NCBI GenBank assembly: GCA_964469205.1
Contig: CAYXYD010000002.1
Span: 1-41,281 of the forward strand
Length of the DNA stretch: 41,281 nucleotides
Direction: 5' to 3'
Origin: an uncultured Sphaerochaeta sp.
GTDB lineage: Bacteria > Spirochaetota > Spirochaetia > Sphaerochaetales > Sphaerochaetaceae
The notes beneath the pieces were generated by a model. The model searched no databases. It saw nothing but the letters and a program-made list of their open reading frames with translations, and was not told the DNA's origin. Positions 1 to 8,773 of the stretch are shown piece after piece (the first letter of the stretch is position 1; each line of letters starts with the position of its first letter). A program made the translations under genes and the position numbers.

Positions 1-50
1 ATAAGACAAAGAAATATGCTGAAAATATATGTATATGGATGAATATATGA

Positions 51-94
51 ATAAATAGGAATTATTCATATGAGAATGAATAATTCCTATTTAT
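51..94. repeat. Perfect 19-bp AT-rich inverted repeat, probable hflX terminator
   Basis: ATAAATAGGAATTATTCAT (51-69), 6-nt loop, ATGAATAATTCCTATTTAT (76-94); 23 nt past the hflX stop. Confidence 0.8.
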
Positions 95-117
95 GTGCTT
101 TTTTATGCATACTCAAT

Positions 118-1443
118 CTATTTTTGTACTTTGAACTCACGTATTGGACTTTGGTATCGTTCAAGTATCTGAGTCTCCACCATGATACCCTCATCGAGGT
201 AATCGATGCTCAAGACCTGACCTGATCGTCGTATGTGGGCTATTAGGTCATAGCGGGATTCGGGGATGAGGTAGTGTGTGATAGGGCAGAGCTCATGGAT
301 GGTTTCCCCTATCTGGATGAGTAGGTCGTCAAGGCCTTCTCCTTTCAGGACAGAGGTTTCAACAGCCGGGCTATACATGCTTTTGAGTCTTGCGACTGCA
401 AAATCATCATTGACGGCATCCATCTTGTTTATCATGACTATGGCTGGCTTGTCCGTACAGCCCAACTCTTCCAAGACGCTTACCGTTGTGGTGTAGCTTC
501 CTAGCATATCCGGGTGTGAGGCATCACAGACTATGATCAGAAAGTCTGCATACTTTGCCTCTTCCAGGGTACTTTTGAAAGAATCAACAAGATTGTGGGG
601 GAGGTCACTGACAAAACCAACGGTATCGGAGAGAAGGACTTCCACTCCTCCAGGGAGCTTTACAGCCCGCGTTGTCGGATCCAGGGTGGCAAAGAGCTTG
701 TTCTCCACCAGCACCTCTGCCTGTGTAAGGGCATTGAGTAACGATGACTTGCCACTGTTGGTGTAGCCTACGATGGCCCCAAGGGGAACATTGCTGTTCT
801 GTCTCTGTGACCGTTGTACAGAGCGTTGTTGCTGGACCTTCTTCAACTGATCTTTCAGGAGGGCAATCTTTTCCTTGATCTGCCTTCGGTCAAGTTCAAG
901 CTGCTGTTCGCCTCCACCTCTGGTTCCTTTCACTCCACCATGCTGACGTGCAAGACCTGTCCACATCCTGGTAAGACGGGGTAGGGAGTACTCAAGCCTG
1001 GCAAGTTCGACTTGCAGGCTTGCTTCCTTGGTGGCAGCCCTGTCTGCAAAGATCTGTAGGATTACCTCGTCACGGTCGATTACACAGCACTCCCACTCCT
1101 TTTCGAGGTTTCTCTGCACCCTTGGGCTGATGCCCTGGTCAAAGATGACAAGGTCGCTTTCATAGGTGTCTATGAGAGTCTTTACCTCTGAGACCTTACC
1201 ACTACCGATGAGGGTGGCGCTATTGTGGTCGCGCATGGGTATCATCAGTATGTGCACAGTAAGGGGGCCCATGGTGCTTACCAGGGCTTGGAGCTCTTGA
1301 CCACGGTGCTTTGCATGCACCCTGTCTTCAGTTACGGGGACAAGGACAAGTAAGATTGCCCTTTGTCGTTCTATTTCTATGTCGTGTATTTGTTTTCCCT
1401 TGACAGTGGGATCATCTTTTTCAGTGATTGTATCGATTTCCAT
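118..1443 (-). CDS. hflX: Ribosome-splitting GTPase HflX
   Basis: ILQIFADRA, LQVELARLEYSLPRL, G1 GYTNSGKS, LFATLDPTTR, G3 DTVG, G4 NKMD. Confidence 0.97.
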   Translation of the reverse strand: MEIDTITEKDDPTVKGKQIHDIEIERQRAILLVLVPVTEDRVHAKHRGQELQALVSTMGPLTVHILMIPMRDHNSATLIGSGKVSEVKTLIDTYESDLVIFDQGISPRVQRNLEKEWECCVIDRDEVILQIFADRAATKEASLQVELARLEYSLPRLTRMWTGLARQHGGVKGTRGGGEQQLELDRRQIKEKIALLKDQLKKVQQQRSVQRSQRQNSNVPLGAIVGYTNSGKSSLLNALTQAEVLVENKLFATLDPTTRAVKLPGGVEVLLSDTVGFVSDLPHNLVDSFKSTLEEAKYADFLIIVCDASHPDMLGSYTTTVSVLEELGCTDKPAIVMINKMDAVNDDFAVARLKSMYSPAVETSVLKGEGLDDLLIQIGETIHELCPITHYLIPESRYDLIAHIRRSGQVLSIDYLDEGIMVETQILERYQSPIREFKVQK

Positions 1444-1451
1444 TGGGGCTA

Positions 1452-1480
1452 ACTATAGGGCTGGTGACCAGAGAAGTCAA
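1452..1480 (-). promoter_or_regulatory. Sigma70-type promoter of hflX
   Basis: TTGACT-17 bp-TATAGT on the minus strand, 8 nt before the ATG. Confidence 0.65.
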
Positions 1481-1532
1481 TATATGCTACACTCTTCTAC
1501 CTAGCTCCACTGAGCATATATGAGGTTAATGT

Positions 1533-2639
1533 ATGGGTTTGAATTGCGGTATTGTTGGCTTGCCCAACGTCGGTAAATCGACAATTTTCTCCGCTTTGAC
1601 GGCAGCACCTGCCGAAGTTGCGAACTATCCTTTTTGTACTATCGATCCCAACGTGGGAATCGTTAGCGTTCCTGATACTCGTCTGGACCAGATTGTTGAA
1701 TTGATCCCGACCGAACGGGTCATTCCGACAATCTTTGAGTTTGTCGATATTGCCGGTCTTGTTGCCGGCGCTTCCAAAGGGGAAGGTTTGGGCAACAGGT
1801 TTCTCGCTTCCATCAGGGAAGTGGGTGTCATTGCGCACGTGGTCCGTTGTTTTGAAGATGGCGACATCGTCCATGTAAACAATAAGATCGATCCTGCAAG
1901 TGATATTGAGACTATCAACATTGAGCTTGCCCTCGCTGATCTGGAAACAGTAAGCACCCGCTATGCCAAACAGGCAAAGCAGGGTAGGTTGGGCAAGAAA
2001 GCACAGAAAGAGAGTGAGAAGACACTCCCTTTGCTGGGAAAGGTGAAGGATTGCCTTGAACTGGGCAAGCCTGCACGCAGCCTAGCCCTCAAAGAGGAAG
2101 AGCTTGCAATATTGCACGATCTGCATCTCATCACACTCAAGCCTGTCATCTATGTCTGTAACGTGGATGAGGATGGTATCTCTGAGGAGAACGAGTTTGT
2201 GAAGGTAGTACGAGCCATTGCCGAGGAAGAGGGTTCTGAGGTAATTGTCATCTGTGGCAAGATTGAATCTGAGATCGCTGTCTTGGAAACTGACGAGGAC
2301 AAGAAAGAGTTCCTTGAGGCCGTAGGCCTTGAAGAGTCATCTCTGAACGGTCTTGTTCGTCTTGCCTACCACACCCTGGGAATGCGCACTTTCTTTACTG
2401 CAGGATCTGATGAGAACCGTGCCTGGACCTTCCGTGCAGGCTACAAGGCTCCCCAAGCTGCTGGTGTCATCCACACTGACTTTGAGAAAGGATTCATCAA
2501 GGCAGAGGTCTATAACTGTGAGGACCTTTTCTTCTACAAGACCGAGCAGAAGGTCAAGACAGCGGGAAAGCTTCGCATCGAAGGCAAGGAGTATCTCGTC
2601 AAGGACGGGGACATTATGCACTTCAGGTTCAATGTTTGA
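1533..2639 (+). CDS. ychF: Redox-regulated ribosome-binding ATPase YchF
   Basis: [41 protein letters not shown]-terminal TGS domain ending HFRFNV. Confidence 0.98.
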   Translation: MGLNCGIVGLPNVGKSTIFSALTAAPAEVANYPFCTIDPNVGIVSVPDTRLDQIVELIPTERVIPTIFEFVDIAGLVAGASKGEGLGNRFLASIREVGVIAHVVRCFEDGDIVHVNNKIDPASDIETINIELALADLETVSTRYAKQAKQGRLGKKAQKESEKTLPLLGKVKDCLELGKPARSLALKEEELAILHDLHLITLKPVIYVCNVDEDGISEENEFVKVVRAIAEEEGSEVIVICGKIESEIAVLETDEDKKEFLEAVGLEESSLNGLVRLAYHTLGMRTFFTAGSDENRAWTFRAGYKAPQAAGVIHTDFEKGFIKAEVYNCEDLFFYKTEQKVKTAGKLRIEGKEYLVKDGDIMHFRFNV

Positions 2640-2692
2640 GTAATCCATCTTCTTGGTTCGATGCTGGTAGGAAGTAAAAACTAACTACAACA

Positions 2693-2750
2693 CACAACAT
2701 AAAAAGAGACATCCTTGATTTGATCGTGGATGTCTTCTTTTTGTGTTGTG
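2693..2750. terminator. Bidirectional intrinsic terminator
   Basis: CACAACATAAAAAGAGACATCC...GGATGTCTTCTTTTTGTGTTGTG between convergent genes. Confidence 0.8.
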
Positions 2751-2795
2751 ATGACTCAGAATGTTACTATTATCAAGTATCCTGCCATTGTTCTC

Positions 2796-3518
2796 CTACC
2801 AGCTCACTGAGAACGTAATGGGTTCAGCCAACAACAGGAAGTCAATGAGGGGGAAGCTGAACTCGTAGAGGCTCGTTCCTACCTTCTTTCCGTTGGTGAA
2901 GCCCTTGATGGGCTTGGGTGTGGCAATCCTCAGCGTTATGGTGGACTTCTCTATTGCAGGGGGTCCTTCTTCTCCAAGCATGAAGCTGATCATCTCCAGA
3001 TAGTCGCTTTCACTCAGACCCTGGTTGTATACAGGACCGAAGGCCTCGAAGTTCTCGTCAGCAAGAAAGGGGATGACCGGAACAAGCTGGTCATAGTTGT
3101 CCATCGAGAGGGAAAAGGTGAGGGTGTTGTTGCGTTGTACGAGCAAGCTTTGGTCATTTCCTGCTCCAAGATCGGAGAACAGCTTGTCCAGGTTCATGAA
3201 GTTGAACTGACCCTCATAGGCATTGTCTGTCAGCTTCTGGATATTGACGCTATTGGTGGTACTGCTGTACCGCAGCGCCCTCTCGAAGTCTGTGATGGCA
3301 CTATCCATAAGGGATGTGTCCTGGTCTTCAGGGGAGAACTCGCTGAAGTCTTCAAGCACAGCGATAAAGAAGTCTTCGACGGTGAAGTCGAACGCTGAAT
3401 TGTTGTATCCGCTGCCTTTGAAAGAGAGCTGTTCAGTCACTACACACGAACTGGCCGAAAAAAGTAGCAAGAGAATCAAGGCGAAAAGTAGCATATGTGT
3501 CTGTGTATGTTTTATCAA
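2796..3518 (-). CDS. Hypothetical lipoprotein
   Basis: 240-aa ORF, TTG start with AAGGA SD, hydrophobic signal followed by a lipobox-like SASSC. Confidence 0.75.
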   Translation of the reverse strand: MIKHTQTHMLLFALILLLLFSASSCVVTEQLSFKGSGYNNSAFDFTVEDFFIAVLEDFSEFSPEDQDTSLMDSAITDFERALRYSSTTNSVNIQKLTDNAYEGQFNFMNLDKLFSDLGAGNDQSLLVQRNNTLTFSLSMDNYDQLVPVIPFLADENFEAFGPVYNQGLSESDYLEMISFMLGEEGPPAIEKSTITLRIATPKPIKGFTNGKKVGTSLYEFSFPLIDFLLLAEPITFSVSW

Positions 3519-3576
3519 CTGGTTATCCTTCTTGCATTAATGTATGTGATTTTCTCCCTGCTAGCAAGGGAGAAAG

Positions 3577-5223
3577 CTACAGTTTTTGCTCAACAAAGCC
3601 AATTGAGCCATCATCATGTTCAACAATACCCAGTGTTTGCCGCTTTTGATTGGGATGTTTTGCAACGAACTTTTCGATGTGCATGGTATCGAGCTTGGCA
3701 AGGTCATCAAGCTCATAACCTATTGTTATAATGGGGTTCTCCCCAGTTTCCCGCAAGAAGGCAACCCCTTGGTGGAGCTCCATGAAGGAGAGTATCGGCC
3801 TCTGATACTTCTGACGTTTCAGTTTCTTCAGCAGGTCACGGACAAACTGCTCCTGCAGTTCGTAGATGTCCAGCTCAGTAGGGTCGATGTTCCGATTATT
3901 CTTGAGAAAGTCTGTGTACGTTGCAAAGTAGGAGAACAAAGTGCTTGGAGTACATTGTGCTGCTTCACAAAGGGTATGCATCCACATGCTCGCTTCCCCT
4001 TTTGTGTAGAGAAGGTCACAGGCATCCTTCAGCTTCAGTGCTTTGGCAATGTCCTCCTCTGAATAGGTTGGGGTGGTGATGACAGTGTAGGGTGAATCCT
4101 TCTGGTGCTTTATTCCAAGTTTTTCTGCATCGTCGGCGAGTTTGGTCCCAGGCAGGAGCGAAAGGGCGAAGATGTCAATGTTGCTGGGTTTGCACGCTAC
4201 GGTGTAATCGAGACTGCTACAAAAGATGGGGAAGGAGTCATGGGGAAGCCCTATGATAAGGTCGAGCCCAAATACGATTCCCCTCTCGTTGAGAAGAGCT
4301 ATCTTTTCCTGGAATACTGCAGGGTCAAACCGTCTGTTTATGGCTTTGAGCACTGCAGTATTGGAACTTTGCAACCCTATCTGTAGGGAACAGTTAAGCT
4401 GCGCAAAAAGGTCAGCAAGTTCCGCATCAAGAAGCTCTGCCCGCAGCTCGAAGATGAAGTGGATATCCTGTGCTTTCTCGACCAGGAGGGAGAGCATCTG
4501 AGTGGTTCTCTTCTTGTCCATGTTGAAGGTGGGGTCGAGGATGAACACTTCCTCGACCTGGTTGGCAAGCAGATACTCCAGCTCTTTGTCGATGCGTTCG
4601 TAAGTGAAGTGTCGTACCGCTCGTATGCCCTTGGATTCAAAGCAGAATGCACAGCTGAAAGGACAGCCTCGGGTCATCTCCCAGAGGATAGAAGCCCCGG
4701 GCTTTACAAAGGCTGCGGCTGATCCCGAAAGGAATACAGAGTCTAGGATGCTCAGGTCCTGGGGGAAGGCATAGGAGAGTTCTTTGCCCTTGGTCAGGAT
4801 GCCCTGTCCTTGGGGTTCTTTGCCTTCAAGCAGCAGCGAAAGGGCTAATGTGGTGCTTTGCTCCCCCTCCCCAAGGGTAAGGAAATCGTAGAGGCCGAGA
4901 TCGAAGCTATGCGGATTGGCTGTAACTTCAGTGCCTCCGGCAAACAGTGTCACAGAAGGCGCCAAGCTTTTCAGGTGTTGGGCGAACTGGTCAAACCAGG
5001 CCCTGTTCCAGAGGTAGATTGAACACCCTATATGGGTAGCTTCGCTCTTTGCACTCTTCTCTGCCGCCTTGATGGGGTCGTCCTCGAGGGTGTATGCTCC
5101 CAGTTTGCATGGGTGGTCTTTGAGGGTGGGATGGTGTTCTATTGCTGTCTGGATTGAGAGGGCTCCAAGGGGAAAGCTGAGGTTTCCCTCTTCAAGACAG
5201 CAGGATACGATCTGGATTTTCAT
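3577..5223 (-). CDS. B12-binding-domain radical SAM protein
   Basis: N-terminal cobalamin-binding signatures (PLGALSI, GCSIYLWN, AGGTEVT, GEGE); RGCPFSCAFC (CxxxCxxC); QIGLQS; DLIIGLP. Confidence 0.92.
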   Translation of the reverse strand: MKIQIVSCCLEEGNLSFPLGALSIQTAIEHHPTLKDHPCKLGAYTLEDDPIKAAEKSAKSEATHIGCSIYLWNRAWFDQFAQHLKSLAPSVTLFAGGTEVTANPHSFDLGLYDFLTLGEGEQSTTLALSLLLEGKEPQGQGILTKGKELSYAFPQDLSILDSVFLSGSAAAFVKPGASILWEMTRGCPFSCAFCFESKGIRAVRHFTYERIDKELEYLLANQVEEVFILDPTFNMDKKRTTQMLSLLVEKAQDIHFIFELRAELLDAELADLFAQLNCSLQIGLQSSNTAVLKAINRRFDPAVFQEKIALLNERGIVFGLDLIIGLPHDSFPIFCSSLDYTVACKPSNIDIFALSLLPGTKLADDAEKLGIKHQKDSPYTVITTPTYSEEDIAKALKLKDACDLLYTKGEASMWMHTLCEAAQCTPSTLFSYFATYTDFLKNNRNIDPTELDIYELQEQFVRDLLKKLKRQKYQRPILSFMELHQGVAFLRETGENPIITIGYELDDLAKLDTMHIEKFVAKHPNQKRQTLGIVEHDDGSIGFVEQKL

Positions 5224-5229
5224 GAGTCG

Positions 5230-5281
5230 ATAATACTGGCTCTGCTATTCTCTTGCAAGCATATGGCAGTAATGATAGAGT
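5230..5281. promoter_or_regulatory. Back-to-back promoters sharing a palindromic -35 (TTGCAA 5253-5258)
   Basis: Minus strand: TTGCAA-17-TATTAT (5230-5235). Plus strand: TTGCAA-17-TAGAGT (5276-5281) with a TGn extension. Confidence 0.5.
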
Positions 5282-5296
5282 TTGCATGGAGTGTTT

Positions 5297-6136
5297 ATGA
5301 AACGTCTCTTAGTAGTGATGTTCTCTTTATATATTCTTCTTTCTTCTCTTTCTGCTATGGAAGCCCGGCTTTTGGATAGCTTTCCTAACCAAGTGGAAAT
5401 CTCTTGGGATGCAGTCAAAGGGGCCGTTTGGTACGATTTGTATCTTGATAATCAGCCGATTAAACGGGTAAAGGCCCCGCATCTTAGTCAGGTCTTGGGC
5501 TCTAACGAGGAGAGCTTGGAATCAAACCGGGAGTATCAGGCGATCGTGGCGGCTCGCACTGTCAAGAATGTGACCTTATCTGCCATGCAGATTTCTGTAA
5601 GGACAACCAGCTGGGCAGGACACTATTTTTGGGAGAACTTTACTGATGATGACAACGGGGGAAAATGCAAGAACCTGCACTTTGAAGTGCGTGATGCAAC
5701 TGGGGAACTTGAGCTGTATAGCTACTTCTCCGATGCGCCAGACAAAGCTGTGAAGATCTTCCCGCTGATGCACATTGCTGAGGAGTATCCCCAGTTTGAA
5801 TATCAGGGGGATGGGGATGTGGAATTCGCCTATCGCAGCAATGCTTCGGTGTTCAACACTACGAATATTGAACCCAAGAGTTGGAAGATTGTGGAGCTGG
5901 AAAGAAAAAATTCTTCTCTGAGGACAAAAATTTCTACAAAGGTAGGAATATTTTCTTTCAAGACTGAATCGCTCTTAATTTTTGAAGTTTCGGAGGCAGG
6001 GGGAAAAAGGGTATTATTTCATAATACCGGTGATGGATTGGCTTCCATTGGTATATTCAAGTCTCCCAACCCAGGGGAGAATGGAGTCTTTGTTTTTGTG
6101 GAAAAGGGGAGTTTGGCAGACATTCCCAAGAAGTAA
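5297..6136 (+). CDS. Secreted hypothetical protein with an N-terminal fibronectin type III-like domain
   Basis: Signal peptide MKRLLVVMFSLYILLSSLSA; Fn3-like pattern ISWDAVKGAVWYDLYLD...LESNREYQAIVAART; GGAG SD before ATG 5297. Confidence 0.7.
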   Translation: MKRLLVVMFSLYILLSSLSAMEARLLDSFPNQVEISWDAVKGAVWYDLYLDNQPIKRVKAPHLSQVLGSNEESLESNREYQAIVAARTVKNVTLSAMQISVRTTSWAGHYFWENFTDDDNGGKCKNLHFEVRDATGELELYSYFSDAPDKAVKIFPLMHIAEEYPQFEYQGDGDVEFAYRSNASVFNTTNIEPKSWKIVELERKNSSLRTKISTKVGIFSFKTESLLIFEVSEAGGKRVLFHNTGDGLASIGIFKSPNPGENGVFVFVEKGSLADIPKK

Positions 6137-6140
6137 TGCG

Positions 6141-6171
6141 TTGACAAAACCATTGTGCGGCATTATATAGT
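6141..6171 (+). promoter_or_regulatory. topA promoter
   Basis: TTGACA (6141-6146) followed after 17-19 bp by TATATA/TATAGT. Confidence 0.55.
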
Positions 6172-6211
6172 GATAGGCTATAAGGTTTCGAGGCATTGAG
6201 GAGTGCACTGC

Positions 6212-8770
6212 ATGGATGATTCTAAAGTTCTCATCATCGTCGAATCGCCAACTAAGGCGAAGACGATATCAAAATTTCTTCCTTCGACTTGTACAGTCGT
6301 TGCAAGTAAGGGCCATATCCGGGATCTTCCCGAAAAACACATGGCCATTGATGTGGAAAATGACTTTGCGATTGAGTATAAGGTGGTCGAAGGCAAGGAG
6401 TCTTTGATTAGGGATCTGAAAAAAAGTCTCAAGGGTGCCGACAGGCTTTTGTTGGCAACTGATGAGGACCGTGAAGGGGAGAGTATCTCCTGGCATCTTT
6501 TGGAGGTGCTGAAGCCCAAGATCCCACACCAGAGGATGGTATTCCACGAGATCACCAAGAGTGCCATTCAGAAGGCCCTTGATAGCGGTAGGGACCTGAA
6601 TGAGAACCTGGTGCAGGCCCAGGAAGGCAGGAGGGTGGTCGACCGTCTTTACGGGTACACACTTTCTCCTACACTGTGGAAAAAGCTTGCCAACAAGAAG
6701 CTCTCCGCCGGTCGTGTGCAGTCTGTTGGACTGCGTCTGACAGTGGAGCGCGAAAGGCAGAGAATAGCATTCTCCCAAAGCACCTACTTTGATGCGAAGG
6801 CAGAGTTGCTCTCCTCTTCAAAGCAGAGTTATGAGGCCAAGCTGACCTCCTACCAAGATAAAAGCCTTGCTGGGGGAAAAGATTTTGATTCAGTGACAGG
6901 CATTTACAAGGGTAGTGATAAGAAACTGCTCCTAGATAAGGAAAAGATTGCACAGATAGTCGCAGACCTTGAAGATGCCACCTATAAGGTCACCGACATC
7001 CAGCGCAAGCCCTTTGTCACCAGGCCCAGCATACCTTTCACCACCAGTACCTTGCAGCAGGATGCTATCAAGAAGCTCCATATCAGCGCTTCGGATACGA
7101 TGCGCATTGCACAGAAACTGTATGAAAACGGATTCATCACCTATATGCGTACTGACAGTCCCTCCCTCAGTCAGGAAGGGACCCAGGCTGCACGCACTCA
7201 GGTTGAGAAACTCTACGGCAAGGATTTTCTCTCTCCCTCTGCCAGATACTTCAAGGCAAAGAAGAGCTCTGGGGCGCAGGAAGCGCATGAGGCCATCCGC
7301 CCCTCAGGCGATACCTTTATCATTCCTTCGAATACCAATCTTAGCGGAAAGGATCGAGCCCTGTATGAATTGATCTGGAAGCGCACCCTTGCTTCACAGA
7401 TGGCCGATGCCCAGAAGGCGACCACCAGTGTCAGCATCAAGGCAAAGGATGCCATGTTCACTGCCAGTGGAACGCAGATAGTGTTTCCTGGCTTCCTACG
7501 GGCCTATGTGGAGGGTTCTGATGACCCTGATGCAGCCCTAGAGGACAAGGAGACCTTGCTGCCTCCTCTCTCTGTTGGGGAAGTCTGTCCTTTAGTCTCC
7601 TTGGAGAGCCTGGAGCACCAGACCAAGCCACCTGCCCGCTACACCGAAGCTTCGCTTGTACAGGAGCTGGAGAAGCGAGGCATCGGGAGGCCTTCAACTT
7701 ATGCGACAATCCTGAAGACCCTCATGGATCGCAAGTATGCGGTCAAGGAAGGGTCTGCCCTGGCTCCAACGTTTACCGGTTTTGGAGTCTGCCAGTTTCT
7801 TGAGAATAACTTCCCACAGTTTGTAGATTATGGCTTTACTTCCAACATGGAGAACGCTCTTGACCAAATCGCCGATGGCGAACTGGACAAGGTCGCCTTC
7901 CTGAAGGATTTCTACCTTGGGGAAGACGGGCTTGAGAACCAGAACAAGGTACAAATGGAAAAGGACAACAAGACTGAATCCAAGACCTTGTCTCTTCCCC
8001 ATATCAATGATGAGAACCCAATCTTCATCGGTCCCTATGGCCCCTACGTTCAGGGTCCTGAGGTCGATGGAAAGGCTCAGTATATCTCGCTCCCTCTTAC
8101 CTGGCTTCCAGGAACCATTACCAATGAGGAGGTGCAAGCACTTATTGCAAAAGGCAAGGTAAAGGTAGTACCTGAAGAGCTTGGTATAGGAGTGGTAAAA
8201 GGAGAACCCGTACAGCTTATGACTGGTCGGTTTGGTCCCTATTGGCAGGAAGGTAGCGGCAAGGAAGCAAAGAGAGCAAGCATTCCCAAGTGGATCGGCG
8301 AAGCTGGTCAGGAACATGATCTGGCCATCGCCAACAAGTACCTCTCCCTGCCTAGGATCTTGGGCAAGGACAAGGATGGCAACGACATTGTCGCTGCCAA
8401 GGGTAAGTTCGGTCCTTTCATCGAATGTAATGGTGAGTATCGGAACCTGAACAAGAGAGATCATGATGAGCAGCTGTTTTCAGTCACACTGGAAGAAGCG
8501 CAAGCCCTGCTTGCAGAAGAGAAGCCAGCATCTGGGAAGAAAGGTGCAGGACGAGCAAAAAGTTCTGCTTCTGTAGTCAGACAACTTGGCTCTCTCGGCA
8601 AAGAGACCGTTGCCTTGGCAAGCGGTCGATATGGCTTTTATTTGAAGGTAGGTAAGGGCAATGTGCCTCTACCTGCCAAGTACAAGAAGGATGAGGCGCT
8701 CATTGAGGTCCTTACCCTGAAAGAAGCCATAGAAGTAATTCGCGCAAAACGCGAGAAGGATAAGAAATAA
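6212..8770 (+). CDS. topA: DNA topoisomerase I (type IA)
   Basis: IVESPTKAKTI, ATDEDREGE, SAGRVQS, catalytic GFITYMRTD; C-terminal G[RK][FY]GP[YF]-type repeats instead of Zn ribbons; GAGGAG SD before ATG 6212. Confidence 0.97.
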   Translation: MDDSKVLIIVESPTKAKTISKFLPSTCTVVASKGHIRDLPEKHMAIDVENDFAIEYKVVEGKESLIRDLKKSLKGADRLLLATDEDREGESISWHLLEVLKPKIPHQRMVFHEITKSAIQKALDSGRDLNENLVQAQEGRRVVDRLYGYTLSPTLWKKLANKKLSAGRVQSVGLRLTVERERQRIAFSQSTYFDAKAELLSSSKQSYEAKLTSYQDKSLAGGKDFDSVTGIYKGSDKKLLLDKEKIAQIVADLEDATYKVTDIQRKPFVTRPSIPFTTSTLQQDAIKKLHISASDTMRIAQKLYENGFITYMRTDSPSLSQEGTQAARTQVEKLYGKDFLSPSARYFKAKKSSGAQEAHEAIRPSGDTFIIPSNTNLSGKDRALYELIWKRTLASQMADAQKATTSVSIKAKDAMFTASGTQIVFPGFLRAYVEGSDDPDAALEDKETLLPPLSVGEVCPLVSLESLEHQTKPPARYTEASLVQELEKRGIGRPSTYATILKTLMDRKYAVKEGSALAPTFTGFGVCQFLENNFPQFVDYGFTSNMENALDQIADGELDKVAFLKDFYLGEDGLENQNKVQMEKDNKTESKTLSLPHINDENPIFIGPYGPYVQGPEVDGKAQYISLPLTWLPGTITNEEVQALIAKGKVKVVPEELGIGVVKGEPVQLMTGRFGPYWQEGSGKEAKRASIPKWIGEAGQEHDLAIANKYLSLPRILGKDKDGNDIVAAKGKFGPFIECNGEYRNLNKRDHDEQLFSVTLEEAQALLAEEKPASGKKGAGRAKSSASVVRQLGSLGKETVALASGRYGFYLKVGKGNVPLPAKYKKDEALIEVLTLKEAIEVIRAKREKDKK

Positions 8771-8773
8771 GAG

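Noticed and set aside
70-90. Similarity of ATGAGAATGAATAATTCCTAT to the 24-bp cassette repeat
   Set aside because: Needs three gaps in AT-rich sequence, so probably chance
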